Origin: an uncultured virus (IMG/VR IMGVR_UViG_3300042564_001445)
Lineage: Duplodnaviria > Heunggongvirae > Uroviricota > Caudoviricetes
DNA: 20,000 bases
Direction: 5' to 3' (one strand)
Virus record (IMG/VR): IMGVR_UViG_3300042564_001445
Position numbers and translations under genes: made by a program. The notes under the pieces are model-generated. The model did no database searches and had not been told where the DNA came from. It saw only the letters and a program-made list of their open reading frames with translations. Shown here piece after piece: positions 7,721-16,300 of the stretch. Position 1 is the first letter of the stretch. Each line of letters begins with the position of its first letter.

Positions 7721-7726
7721 CCACTA

Positions 7727-8197
7727 TCAACATTTATGTTTTGAAGATACTAAGTTACAAATTTCTATGAACTCTTTTTGCGTATAGACGTACTTCATAA
7801 AGTTCACCTTCTTATGAAGTAGCTGTACGTTGCGTTTAACATATCCTTTATCGTTGTTGATGCGATCAATTGATACCATCCCTTGATCAGAATCCTTATC
7901 GAAGTCTAATGGTAAGCCAGATAATGCGCACACCTTACCTTGCTTAAGATATATTTTCCAAATGTATTCAATTGTAATATCCCACTCCTTTTCACGTTGT
8001 ATTGAACGCCTTTTCTTCTCTTCAAACCAGCTGATTGGTATCTCCCTGTATTTACCTTTGTTTCCCTTACCTAACTTATTATGACAAGAGCGACAAAGAG
8101 TATTGCTCCTTGCCGCCCTGTTGCGTTCACTTTTTGTTGTGTAAGACTGGATGCCTCCACACGATTGGCAATATTTAGTGAAAGACTTTACTTGCAT
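7727..8197 (-). CDS. Zn-ribbon + HNH/EndoVII-like endonuclease (156 aa), possibly homing-type
   Basis: CQSC...CRSC N-terminus; Q.KVCALSG...SIDRINNDKGYVKRNVQLL...VN.MK beta-beta-alpha-metal motif. Confidence 0.85.
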   Translation of the reverse strand: MQVKSFTKYCQSCGGIQSYTTKSERNRAARSNTLCRSCHNKLGKGNKGKYREIPISWFEEKKRRSIQREKEWDITIEYIWKIYLKQGKVCALSGLPLDFDKDSDQGMVSIDRINNDKGYVKRNVQLLHKKVNFMKYVYTQKEFIEICNLVSSKHKC

Positions 8198-8229
8198 TAC
8201 GCAGACGCTACATCCATTAAACTTTTGCC
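8191..8229. repeat. Direct repeat A copy 1 (39 bp; encodes GKSLMDVASA, stop and next ATG)
   Basis: CTTGCATTACGCAGACGCTACATCCATTAAACTTTTGCC; 38/39 identical to 9940-9978. Confidence 0.95.
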
Positions 8230-9897
8230 TTTATTTTTAGAATTGTTTTTGGCAATAGTGTTGTTTAATTTAATAATATTATCTTTTCCATACCTAAAAT
8301 AGAATCTTCTAAAAGCAGGATCATCTGTAATATTTTTATTAAGTATAGCCTTATTCATCTTATCTTCATCTAATTCTTCTCCAAACGAATTTGTTACACC
8401 TTCCCTTAATAATAATTGGCGAACTCCATTTAAGTCTCCATATTGCTCCTCAACAAACTGTGCTTTATTTTTAAAATCTTTATTGAAATGAAGAAAGCTA
8501 GAGAAAGCATCTCTAACTCTTTTGGAGTATTCATCTAATTCTTTATTGTATTTTATTTTTGCCCGATCGCTAGGTGTCAATTCTCTATCTGTCTTAAATG
8601 TATCAACATATTCATGTTTCAGATTATCGGTAGTCAATTTTAATGGTTTAGCTAAATTATAAAACATCTCAATCTCCCCCTTATTTAATGCTGGGTCAGT
8701 TCTATCTTTTAGAGAATCTAGAGTAGCTTCATTTTTTCTTTTAAAATTTATAGCATTATATATATCTGATGAGTGCCCTGGGTATCCTAATTGATCATCC
8801 TCGCTTAACACTCCTCCACTCTCTTTCATTTTGGCTTTTTGCTCATCATTAAGGAGGGCTTTATATTCAAGTAAACTATGCCCCATTTCATGGGCAATTG
8901 CAGTGTCTGCCCAATATGGACTAAGGTGAATTGCGCTAGGGCCGACTTGATTATCGTTAAAATGTGCAACGTCTTTTCCTGAATTATCTAGATTAAATTT
9001 CAATTCATTTAACAAGTTTGCCCTTTTCTCTTTTTTCCATTCGGGAACTTTTTTGCCAAATTCATTAAAATAATCTTCAAACTTAGGATCGGGATTCTTA
9101 TTTGGATATTCTTCTTGAAAATTAGCTTGTCTTTCTGAATATAAAGGAGAACCGATATAATTGTTCATTTGTTGTTTAATAACCTCAAAGTTTTTATCAG
9201 TAATTTTCTCTCCCTTCTGTTTTCTTTTATCGTAAAAAATGTCATAATATGTATGCATCTGATCATCCCCTGCTTTGCTCATCCATTTTTCAAAGGCTTT
9301 CCCTGTCAATCCTGTTGGGATAGTGTCATCTTCCATTTTTGCAATCGATGCAGCAGAAGTCAGCTGCTTATTAACTTCTTGCTTTGCTGACATAGGAGTT
9401 TCATTTTCATTCAAGTCAGCGTCTGCCAAATTCTCATTCGCCAAAGGAGATAAATTCATCAGATAGTTTTCGTCAGCATTCATCTTTTCAATCTCACTCT
9501 TATACTTGCCGTATAGACTATTATTCTTTATATTACCATCCTCGTCATATATTAAATCAATCAACTTTGCACGAGTAGATTTTTGTCCTTCAGCATTGCT
9601 CATTTGGCGTCCATAATCTGGGCGTCTTTGCTCTCGAGGTTTACTCATCTGAGGGATAAAGAATGGATTAGATGGCGCATTTATCATAGCCTCCTGCTGA
9701 TTAATGTAATTAATATCAGGTAAGTCTAATACATTGCTATCGGAATTAATTGGACGTTCTTGAATCTTCTTGGCGGCAATCGTAAAAGGATCAACGTATG
9801 TAGGATTCCCTTGGAATGCAGGCTCCTGTGTTGGATCTTTATACAAAGGCGTTTCGTCAACTATATTGTCTCCTGAAAAATCTAGTATACTAGCCAT
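8197..9897 (-). CDS. Zincin-like metallopeptidase, paralogue 1 (566 aa)
   Basis: AIAHEMGH (HEMGH at 8878-8892), candidate downstream Glu in EEQYGDLNGVR; N-terminal tag, aa 19-175 module and C-terminal tag shared with the 9946-12405 gene. Confidence 0.8.
   Translation of the reverse strand: MASILDFSGDNIVDETPLYKDPTQEPAFQGNPTYVDPFTIAAKKIQERPINSDSNVLDLPDINYINQQEAMINAPSNPFFIPQMSKPREQRRPDYGRQMSNAEGQKSTRAKLIDLIYDEDGNIKNNSLYGKYKSEIEKMNADENYLMNLSPLANENLADADLNENETPMSAKQEVNKQLTSAASIAKMEDDTIPTGLTGKAFEKWMSKAGDDQMHTYYDIFYDKRKQKGEKITDKNFEVIKQQMNNYIGSPLYSERQANFQEEYPNKNPDPKFEDYFNEFGKKVPEWKKEKRANLLNELKFNLDNSGKDVAHFNDNQVGPSAIHLSPYWADTAIAHEMGHSLLEYKALLNDEQKAKMKESGGVLSEDDQLGYPGHSSDIYNAINFKRKNEATLDSLKDRTDPALNKGEIEMFYNLAKPLKLTTDNLKHEYVDTFKTDRELTPSDRAKIKYNKELDEYSKRVRDAFSSFLHFNKDFKNKAQFVEEQYGDLNGVRQLLLREGVTNSFGEELDEDKMNKAILNKNITDDPAFRRFYFRYGKDNIIKLNNTIAKNNSKNKGKSLMDVASA
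9373..9843. repeat. Shared module copy 1 (aa 19-175, YKDPTQ...AKQEV)
   Basis: Manual alignment to 11503-11988 gives about 114/157 identical residues with one 5-aa indel. Confidence 0.95.
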
Positions 9898-9900
9898 ATT
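9873..9900. repeat. Direct repeat B copy 1 (28 bp; AAT + MASILDFS codons; contains palindrome CTAGTATACTAG)
   Basis: CTGAAAAATCTAGTATACTAGCCATATT, identical to 12381-12408. Confidence 0.95.
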
Positions 9901-9946
9901 ATTTTTTAATAAAAATCAACTTCAACTCATTATTATCTGCTTGCAT
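9899..9946 (-). CDS. Possible 15-aa coupling mini-ORF MQADNNELKLIFIKK
   Basis: ATG overlaps the upstream stop (TAATG); its TAA ends 1 nt before the next ATG; spans the whole intergenic space. Confidence 0.4.
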   Translation of the reverse strand: MQADNNELKLIFIKK

Positions 9947-9978
9947 TACGCAGACGCTGCATCCATTAAACTTTTGCC
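9940..9978. repeat. Direct repeat A copy 2 (39 bp)
   Basis: CTTGCATTACGCAGACGCTGCATCCATTAAACTTTTGCC; one mismatch to 8191-8229. Confidence 0.95.
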
Positions 9979-12405
9979 GCCTTTAGGTTTAACAGCCGAA
10001 ACCTTATTCATTATTTTCAATATTTGCTCATCTTTCAATCCCATAGCTTTCAATTCAAAATATGCTGCGCCCGGCACATTAGGGCTGGCGGTTTCGAAAT
10101 CTGTTTTATCATTAGTCTCTTCTTTCTTTTTTGCGAAGAGCTTTCTAATCTGATCAATTCTTGCCATTACTTCAAGTGGATCACTAAGGTAACTAACTTC
10201 ATCTGGATCGAACTTGACATCTTTTGGATCTATTTCGCTGAGTATTTTCTGTATAAATTGTCTATCAGATTTTGGCATAAAAGCATCTGCTAAATGACGA
10301 ACTTCGTGTCTAATAACTTGCGGCTGAGATGCACCTGCAATATATAATTCTTTAGTTTTTCGAGCCATATCCGCATCACTTATTTTGCCAGCATAAAAAT
10401 CATTTGCCATTTTTCCGTAAGATGGATCCTCTAACCATTTAGATTTCAAAACAGACTCAGGAATATTTAAAATAGGAGTTTTTAATTTATTAGAAGTTGG
10501 GCTAGGGGCATCTTCGTATTCAATAGGTTTGTGATAATACGGAGATAGTATTTGTTTTCTTTTATCTAACGGTAGAGATTTAGCCGATTCCCCTAATCTA
10601 TCTAATTCATTTCCTTTAAAATAGTTTTGTACAAAAGCCAATGGCGTATCGCCTTTTACTGATTCGGTTTCATTAAACTCAAGTTTTGCATTTTGAAATC
10701 TAGATGTCCTATTTGCAATATTTTGCATTGTTGCGTCATATATTTCTTTTTCAGGAACATCTTTGACATCAATACCTTTTTCCCAAGCTAAATCCTCGGC
10801 AACAGATTTTTTAAGCATATCAAATCCTTTTCCTCGGCTAAACCAATCTCTTAGTTCGTCCGCAGATACATCTGCTGTATTTAGTACTCTTTTAGCTGCT
10901 ATTCTTAATTTCTCTGCTTCTGGAGTAGATGGTGCTCCATATCTAGAAGTTACTTCATTTTTAGAAAACCAAGTAGGCTTATATTTATCTAAATTTTCTG
11001 ATAATTTTATATCTCCCCATTCGGCATTTTCCTCATCTGTTAACTTTTGAAACTTATCTTTTTTTGCTTTTTCCTCCGCTTCTCTTTTCTTTTTAAGTTG
11101 AATCCAATATGGTTTTTTAGCTTCTGCGTTGTCATTTAATTTTTTAATTGTATTTAATGCTTCAGAGACTTTTTCAATTGTAGTAATATCATTTCTACTT
11201 TTTGCCTCCGCTAAAACTTTTTTAAGGGAAATTACTCTTTTATTTTCCTCATCCTTATACTTCTTTGCTCTTTTTATATACTGGCTTCTTTCGCTATCAT
11301 CTGCAAATGCTCCATCTGCATCCATTTCTTCTACTAGAGGCTCTGGCTTTGATATCTCTAGAAGAAGATCCAGCTCGGTAATTGGTTCTAGATCCTTAAA
11401 CTTGGAACCAATAGAAGTTTTCGGCGCAATATCTTGTTTTTTCTCAATGACTTCAGGAGCAGATTTTGTAGGAACAATTTGCTCAGGTTGTTTTTCGACG
11501 GCAACTTCTTGCTTTGCTGGCATAGGAGCTTCATTTTTATTCCAATCAGCATCTGTCAAGTTACCATCCGGCAAAGGAGCCAAGTTCATCAAGTAATTCT
11601 CGTCCGCATTCATCTTGGCAATCTCATTCTTGTACTTGCCATACATCTTCTTGTCTCTTACATTTCCTTGCTCATCGTATACCAAGTCAATCAACTTTGC
11701 ACGAGTAGATTTCTCCCCCGCGGCATTGCGTATTTGACGTCCGTAATCGGGGCGTCTTTGCCCTTGAATAGCAGCACCCGAAGGTTTACTCATCTGAGGA
11801 ATAGAAACAGGTTTAGGAGGCTGATTCATTGCAATCTCCTGCTGATTAATATAATTAATATCCGGCAAGTCTAATACCCTGCTTTTTGCATCAATAGGAA
11901 TCTCTTGAATCTTTTTGGCAGCAATCGTAAAAGGATCAACGTATTCGGGCTTCTCTTGAAATACAGGCACCTGTGTTGGATCTTTGTACCAAGGTGGCTC
12001 TGCCGTACGGCCTTCATTAGAATAAAATGATGTATTTAAGTTTTTACGCCAGTTTCTTTTATCTGCTTGTGAATCATACAGCATTACCTCAACAGGAGCA
12101 ATACCCTTATATCCAGCACCGTATTTTAATAATTCATCTTTATCTGAGTCTGTTAATTTTTTAGGTTTTTTGTAGGGAACTTCAGCTCCATATACTTGAG
12201 CGTTCTTTATATTTTTGTAAGTTTCATCTGGAGACAAATCTGTAGAAAAGTTATTGAATGCATAGCTGCTATCAGCGTATGCTTGATTTCTTAGCTTAAA
12301 CTCCTTAGGGTCAGCTATAAATATAGTATCCTTTTTGGCAACAGCTCCGTACCTCTGAGCAAGTTTTTTCTTAGGATCTTCTGAAAAATCTAGTATACTA
12401 GCCAT
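9946..12405 (-). CDS. Zincin-like metallopeptidase, paralogue 2 (819 aa)
   Basis: VIRHEVRH (HEVRH at 10294-10308) followed by YLSDPLEVMARIDQIR (third-ligand Glu helix); same tags and shared module as paralogue 1; charged coiled-coil middle. Confidence 0.85.
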   Translation of the reverse strand: MASILDFSEDPKKKLAQRYGAVAKKDTIFIADPKEFKLRNQAYADSSYAFNNFSTDLSPDETYKNIKNAQVYGAEVPYKKPKKLTDSDKDELLKYGAGYKGIAPVEVMLYDSQADKRNWRKNLNTSFYSNEGRTAEPPWYKDPTQVPVFQEKPEYVDPFTIAAKKIQEIPIDAKSRVLDLPDINYINQQEIAMNQPPKPVSIPQMSKPSGAAIQGQRRPDYGRQIRNAAGEKSTRAKLIDLVYDEQGNVRDKKMYGKYKNEIAKMNADENYLMNLAPLPDGNLTDADWNKNEAPMPAKQEVAVEKQPEQIVPTKSAPEVIEKKQDIAPKTSIGSKFKDLEPITELDLLLEISKPEPLVEEMDADGAFADDSERSQYIKRAKKYKDEENKRVISLKKVLAEAKSRNDITTIEKVSEALNTIKKLNDNAEAKKPYWIQLKKKREAEEKAKKDKFQKLTDEENAEWGDIKLSENLDKYKPTWFSKNEVTSRYGAPSTPEAEKLRIAAKRVLNTADVSADELRDWFSRGKGFDMLKKSVAEDLAWEKGIDVKDVPEKEIYDATMQNIANRTSRFQNAKLEFNETESVKGDTPLAFVQNYFKGNELDRLGESAKSLPLDKRKQILSPYYHKPIEYEDAPSPTSNKLKTPILNIPESVLKSKWLEDPSYGKMANDFYAGKISDADMARKTKELYIAGASQPQVIRHEVRHLADAFMPKSDRQFIQKILSEIDPKDVKFDPDEVSYLSDPLEVMARIDQIRKLFAKKKEETNDKTDFETASPNVPGAAYFELKAMGLKDEQILKIMNKVSAVKPKGGKSLMDAASA
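11503..11988. repeat. Shared module copy 2 (aa 140-301)
   Basis: See copy 1; includes nucleotide-identical blocks such as TCAATCAACTTTGCACGAGTAGATTT. Confidence 0.95.
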
Positions 12406-12408
12406 ATT
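12381..12408. repeat. Direct repeat B copy 2 (28 bp)
   Basis: Identical to 9873-9900. Confidence 0.95.
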
Positions 12409-12722
12409 TAACTTCCTTTAACCCACTTTTTAGATGATGATGCTGTTTTAGATGGAGCCCACTTAACTTTATTGGCCCAATATGCCGCCGACATTTTTCC
12501 TTTGGAAATGTTTTTTGCGTGGCGAGACTTAAATGCCTCACGCTGCCCAACGGTTTGATTCGTCTTAACGCCTGCTTGCCCAAAGCGAATAAGTTTTACC
12601 TTATCCCCCTCTTTAGCTAACACGACGTGAGACTTCCCGTTATGGGTGTCTCTCTTAGGTTTGTTTACGCCTTGCAAGTTATACTTGTCAAGTTTTGCTG
12701 CGATAGAATCTCTAATTGACAT
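12408..12722 (-). CDS. Conserved small basic phage protein (104 aa)
   Basis: KSHVVLAKEGDKVKLIRFGQ...FKSRH...SAAYWANKVKW: widespread phage family of unknown function. Confidence 0.85.
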   Translation of the reverse strand: MSIRDSIAAKLDKYNLQGVNKPKRDTHNGKSHVVLAKEGDKVKLIRFGQAGVKTNQTVGQREAFKSRHAKNISKGKMSAAYWANKVKWAPSKTASSSKKWVKGS

Positions 12723-12868
12723 TACTTTTTCTTGGCAGTTTTAGCCGCTTGCTTAAATTGTTTCGCAGTAGGAGCTCCCTTGCTACCTACCTTTCTCATT
12801 GTTTCACCAGAACCAGCTTTAATTCGTTCGCGCTTAGCGTGAATATTAGCGTATAAGCCATTTTTCAT
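12722..12868 (-). CDS. Small basic protein (48 aa; not in the ORF track): MKNGLYANIHAKRERIKAGSGETMRKVGSKGAPTAKQFKQAAKTAKKK
   Basis: Manually translated; fills the gap exactly, TAATG-coupled; GLYANIHAKR...SGE.MRK.GSKGAPT motif known from aquatic phages. Confidence 0.85.
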   Translation of the reverse strand: MKNGLYANIHAKRERIKAGSGETMRKVGSKGAPTAKQFKQAAKTAKKK

Positions 12869-12869
12869 A

Positions 12870-13340
12870 TTACTTAAAAGTTAATCTGTATAATGTTTGT
12901 CCTACTAATCCATTAATCTCGTCCAATATATTTGACAAAGCAGAGTTGCCTAAAACTAACATTCTAGCGTCGCCTGAGATATAATCTTTGAGCTCAGTTA
13001 AGAACGCTACAGGAGCTTCCATAGTATATGGCTTAACCTCCATTTCGCATCCTACCATAATACGTCCATAGCAACCTTGGTATGCTTCGATAAACTTATC
13101 CATCAAACCATTGAAGTCATTATAGAATTCCCCCATTGCCTCGTGCTCTGCGAAAGAGCTTGTCTGCCAATGAAATACTTTAGCTTGTGCTGATGCCTCA
13201 AGCATCTCGCATAATAACTCTTCTTGAGGAGATTCTTCTGACTCATCTTCGCCAGCAGGCTGAGAATAGTCGCTTGACATTAAAGTTCCGAAAGCCTGAG
13301 AAACTCTCTTCATCTTTTGCATTTCAATTAAATTTGCCAT
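12870..13340 (-). CDS. Ferritin/Dps-like four-helix protein (DUF5856-like; 156 aa)
   Basis: FHWQT..FAEHEA.GEFY......D.FIE.YQG.YGR...NILDEI...LY.L: Dps-type ferroxidase pattern; acidic N-terminal extension. Confidence 0.8.
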   Translation of the reverse strand: MANLIEMQKMKRVSQAFGTLMSSDYSQPAGEDESEESPQEELLCEMLEASAQAKVFHWQTSSFAEHEAMGEFYNDFNGLMDKFIEAYQGCYGRIMVGCEMEVKPYTMEAPVAFLTELKDYISGDARMLVLGNSALSNILDEINGLVGQTLYRLTFK

Positions 13341-13356
13341 AATAATATTATTTTCT

Positions 13357-13364
13357 CAAAGTTA
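13357..13364 (-). promoter_or_regulatory. Putative Bacteroidota -7 element (TAACTTTG) for the ferritin-like operon
   Basis: Plus-strand CAAAGTTA in the 35-nt intergenic gap, 16 nt before the ATG; no -33 TTTG at the expected spacing. Confidence 0.55.
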
Positions 13365-13375
13365 CAATTTATTTC

Positions 13376-16300
13376 TTATTTAGGCTGATAGTCTGCTGGA
13401 TTAAATCCTTCAGGCAATCCTGCTTGTGAATCTACTTTAGGCGCCGGCTTCTTAGCTTCTTCCATCTCTACTATCTTTTTGTATTGCTTAACAACCTCGT
13501 CGCTAAAACCAATTGAGCCTAGATCTTTTTGCAAAACTTTATCTTTCATTGGATCTTGTCCATTCTTAGTAAATATTTCATAGATAGCCATTGCTTTTAC
13601 CTTTGCAGATTTAGCTTGATAAGCAATCAATAAATACTTAGGAATATTCGCTGTTCTTTGAACTTTAGATTTCCCAATAGACATTTCAATGTAATTCTTT
13701 GCATACTCCTTGTCTTCTTTGTTAGTTAAAGACTTATAGTATTCCATAATCTCTGGCTTTGCAGCAGTATAAGGCAAGTCTGCGTCTTTGTAATTCTTAA
13801 AGATAGTTTTAATCTTATTAGAAACATTTTGGCGCGCACTATTCTCTTTACGCTGTAATCTTTCGATAAATTTAGCGTCTTCTTTTGAATCGTAGAATAA
13901 CTCGTTTTTAGTTTTATCTGTTGATCCAACAATACGTTTGCCGAATGTTTTCAATAAAGCTTGCCCTGCCTCAGTAAAGTCTCCATCTTCAATGTACTTA
14001 GATCGAGTATTTTCATCTACGCCACCTACATACAAATCTGTCATTTGATCTGTAATAGTATATAAGCCGCTCAATAAAGCTTGGTTTTCTGGGCTTGTCA
14101 AAAACGCATCTTCTGAAGATTTCTGGAATCTTTCTGGAGATATTTCTATCGAGCCATCTGTTATTTTAGATGCCCCCTTAGCCATTGTTTTGTAGAAAGA
14201 CAATATATCTTTATTCTCTTCGCCTTCTTCGCTGATTGTAATATTGCGAAGATTATCTTGGCTTAATGAACGCTGATTCCAAAGCGATTGATTTGTAGCA
14301 TACTCATAAAAGAATTTAGCTGTAGAAGGTATTTGTGAAGTAGCTACTGGCATAAACATCTTTAATGATTCCATCATTTCCTTATTATAATCTTTATCTA
14401 CAGGAGGAATCTTAGTACCTAGCATAGGGGCATATCCTTTATAGTATGCTGCCTCCGCCATAGTTTGGAATACATTCCAGAATGCTTTAATAGGAGTTGG
14501 AACTTGAATTTGCGTATAAGAATGTGTGCCGTCTGCATTTTTAAATGGAGACATTATAATCAACTTACTACGCTTTGCTCTTTTCAAATCTTCGTTCTCC
14601 CAATCGTCTCCAGCCATCTTCATGTTATACAAAGTAAGGGCCATAACCGCACCTCCTGATTGCAGAACCTTCTTGCTAAATGCAGGGAAGTTATTCTTAA
14701 TATAAGATGCAGAGATCTTTCCTACTTGAGTAGTTACATTAAAGAAAGGAATTAACCCATTAAGCCACTTAGAAGTTCTACCGCCTCTATGATAATCCAT
14801 TGCCGCGCGAGCTTCATATGCCGCTTGACTTTTTATCTTATCATAATCGACTCCATTTGGATCTGATCCATTTTTCTTTTGGAATTCTCTAATCAAATCA
14901 TTACGCTTATTTTCATATGCTGTCAACTTAGATGCCATCTCAGAGATATCTCCAAGCGCGCCTAATGCGTCGCCAACTTTACCTAAAACGTTTGTTTCGT
15001 AAGCAAGAGTATTCATCAATCCACCTGCTTCACCATACTCATTAATTAAATTTAATAAATCAGAATTATCTCCCTTACCAGTTTTAGCTTTAGCTATTGA
15101 CAATGACTTAGCTATAGCACCACTAAAGCCTTTTCCCATCTGCCCGAATACACCAAACTTGCTAGAGTATAAGTTATTGTAGTATACCTGAGATAAAATA
15201 TCAATAGGGATGTTTGAGATAATAAAGGCTGGGTTTATACCAACCGCCATTGCAGAAGTAATGTTCGCTCCTAATGCTTTTACAGAAGTTCTGTACAACC
15301 AGTTTCGTGTATCCCACATCTCTTCATCTTGGAACTCGCGCGCAAAAGATTCTTTCAGTTGAACTGCGTAGCGCTTACCATCTTTCTTGTAGTACATATT
15401 TCTAAATCCAGCATCCGGATCTTGCAACTTAGGAGATCCATCTGGGTTTAATTTTTCTGTACCATTTGCATACTTATCTACGTTAGCCGGCTTCAACCAA
15501 GAAAGATTCTTGCCTTCCATTTCTTCAGCCATCCAAGATATTGCGCGATTAGCGAACACCTTGTTGACAGCAGACACAAAGCCCATTTTAAGTAGCTTCT
15601 CTGAATCTGTCATCATATAACCAGTATCCCCTTCGCTAATTTTAGCAATTTCCTCCTTCGTAATTTGTACTCCACGAGTATTAAATGCAGACTGAGGCGT
15701 GTCTCCTAACAGGAATTTCAAGAATTTACGAGGCTGATAGTCGTAGTTTTTGTACATATCATACTCGCCTTGATCAATTAATCCATTATCAAGTTTGTAT
15801 TTTAAGATGTCAGAGAACGCTTTAAAGTATCTTGTTGCGCGGGTTTCTAATTCTGCTAATTTAGCTGGATTATCTTCGTATACTTTTTCCTTAAGGGCGT
15901 CTAATTGCTTCTGAGCTTCTTCTTTTGATAAAGAAACCTCTTTTTTAGTTACATAATCTGTAAATGAAGTATGTAACGGACGATCAACTTTTTCGCCTGC
16001 CGCTTTTCTGTTATCAAAGTTTTCATCAATAGCTATTGTACGACGAAGCAAAATGATATCATCTAAGAAACCTTTGTCTCTTTTGTTTAATTTTTTGCCA
16101 TCAATTGTACCGTATATTTCATTTCTAGCATCAGCAAACATTCTAGTAGCATAAGGGGTTCCTCCTGCCTTATTGTACATATTGTAAAAAGATTGCATCA
16201 TATCTGCATTCTTCAATGCATCTGAAACATTTACATTACGCTCAGTCATTTCTTTTTGAGTAGCAATTAATGCGTCACTTAAAGAAACTTTTTCAGCGTT

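Noticed and set aside
9373..11988. Diversity-generating retroelement (TR/VR pair) as the explanation for the duplicated module
   Set aside because: Mismatches in the stretch inspected are not adenine-specific (T/C, C/T, A/T all occur), both copies lie in long coding genes, and no reverse transcriptase is present in the window.
8191..12408. CRISPR array or IS/att ends suggested by the 28-bp and 39-bp repeats
   Set aside because: Only two copies of each, kilobases apart, coinciding with gene termini; no cas, transposase or integrase gene is seen.
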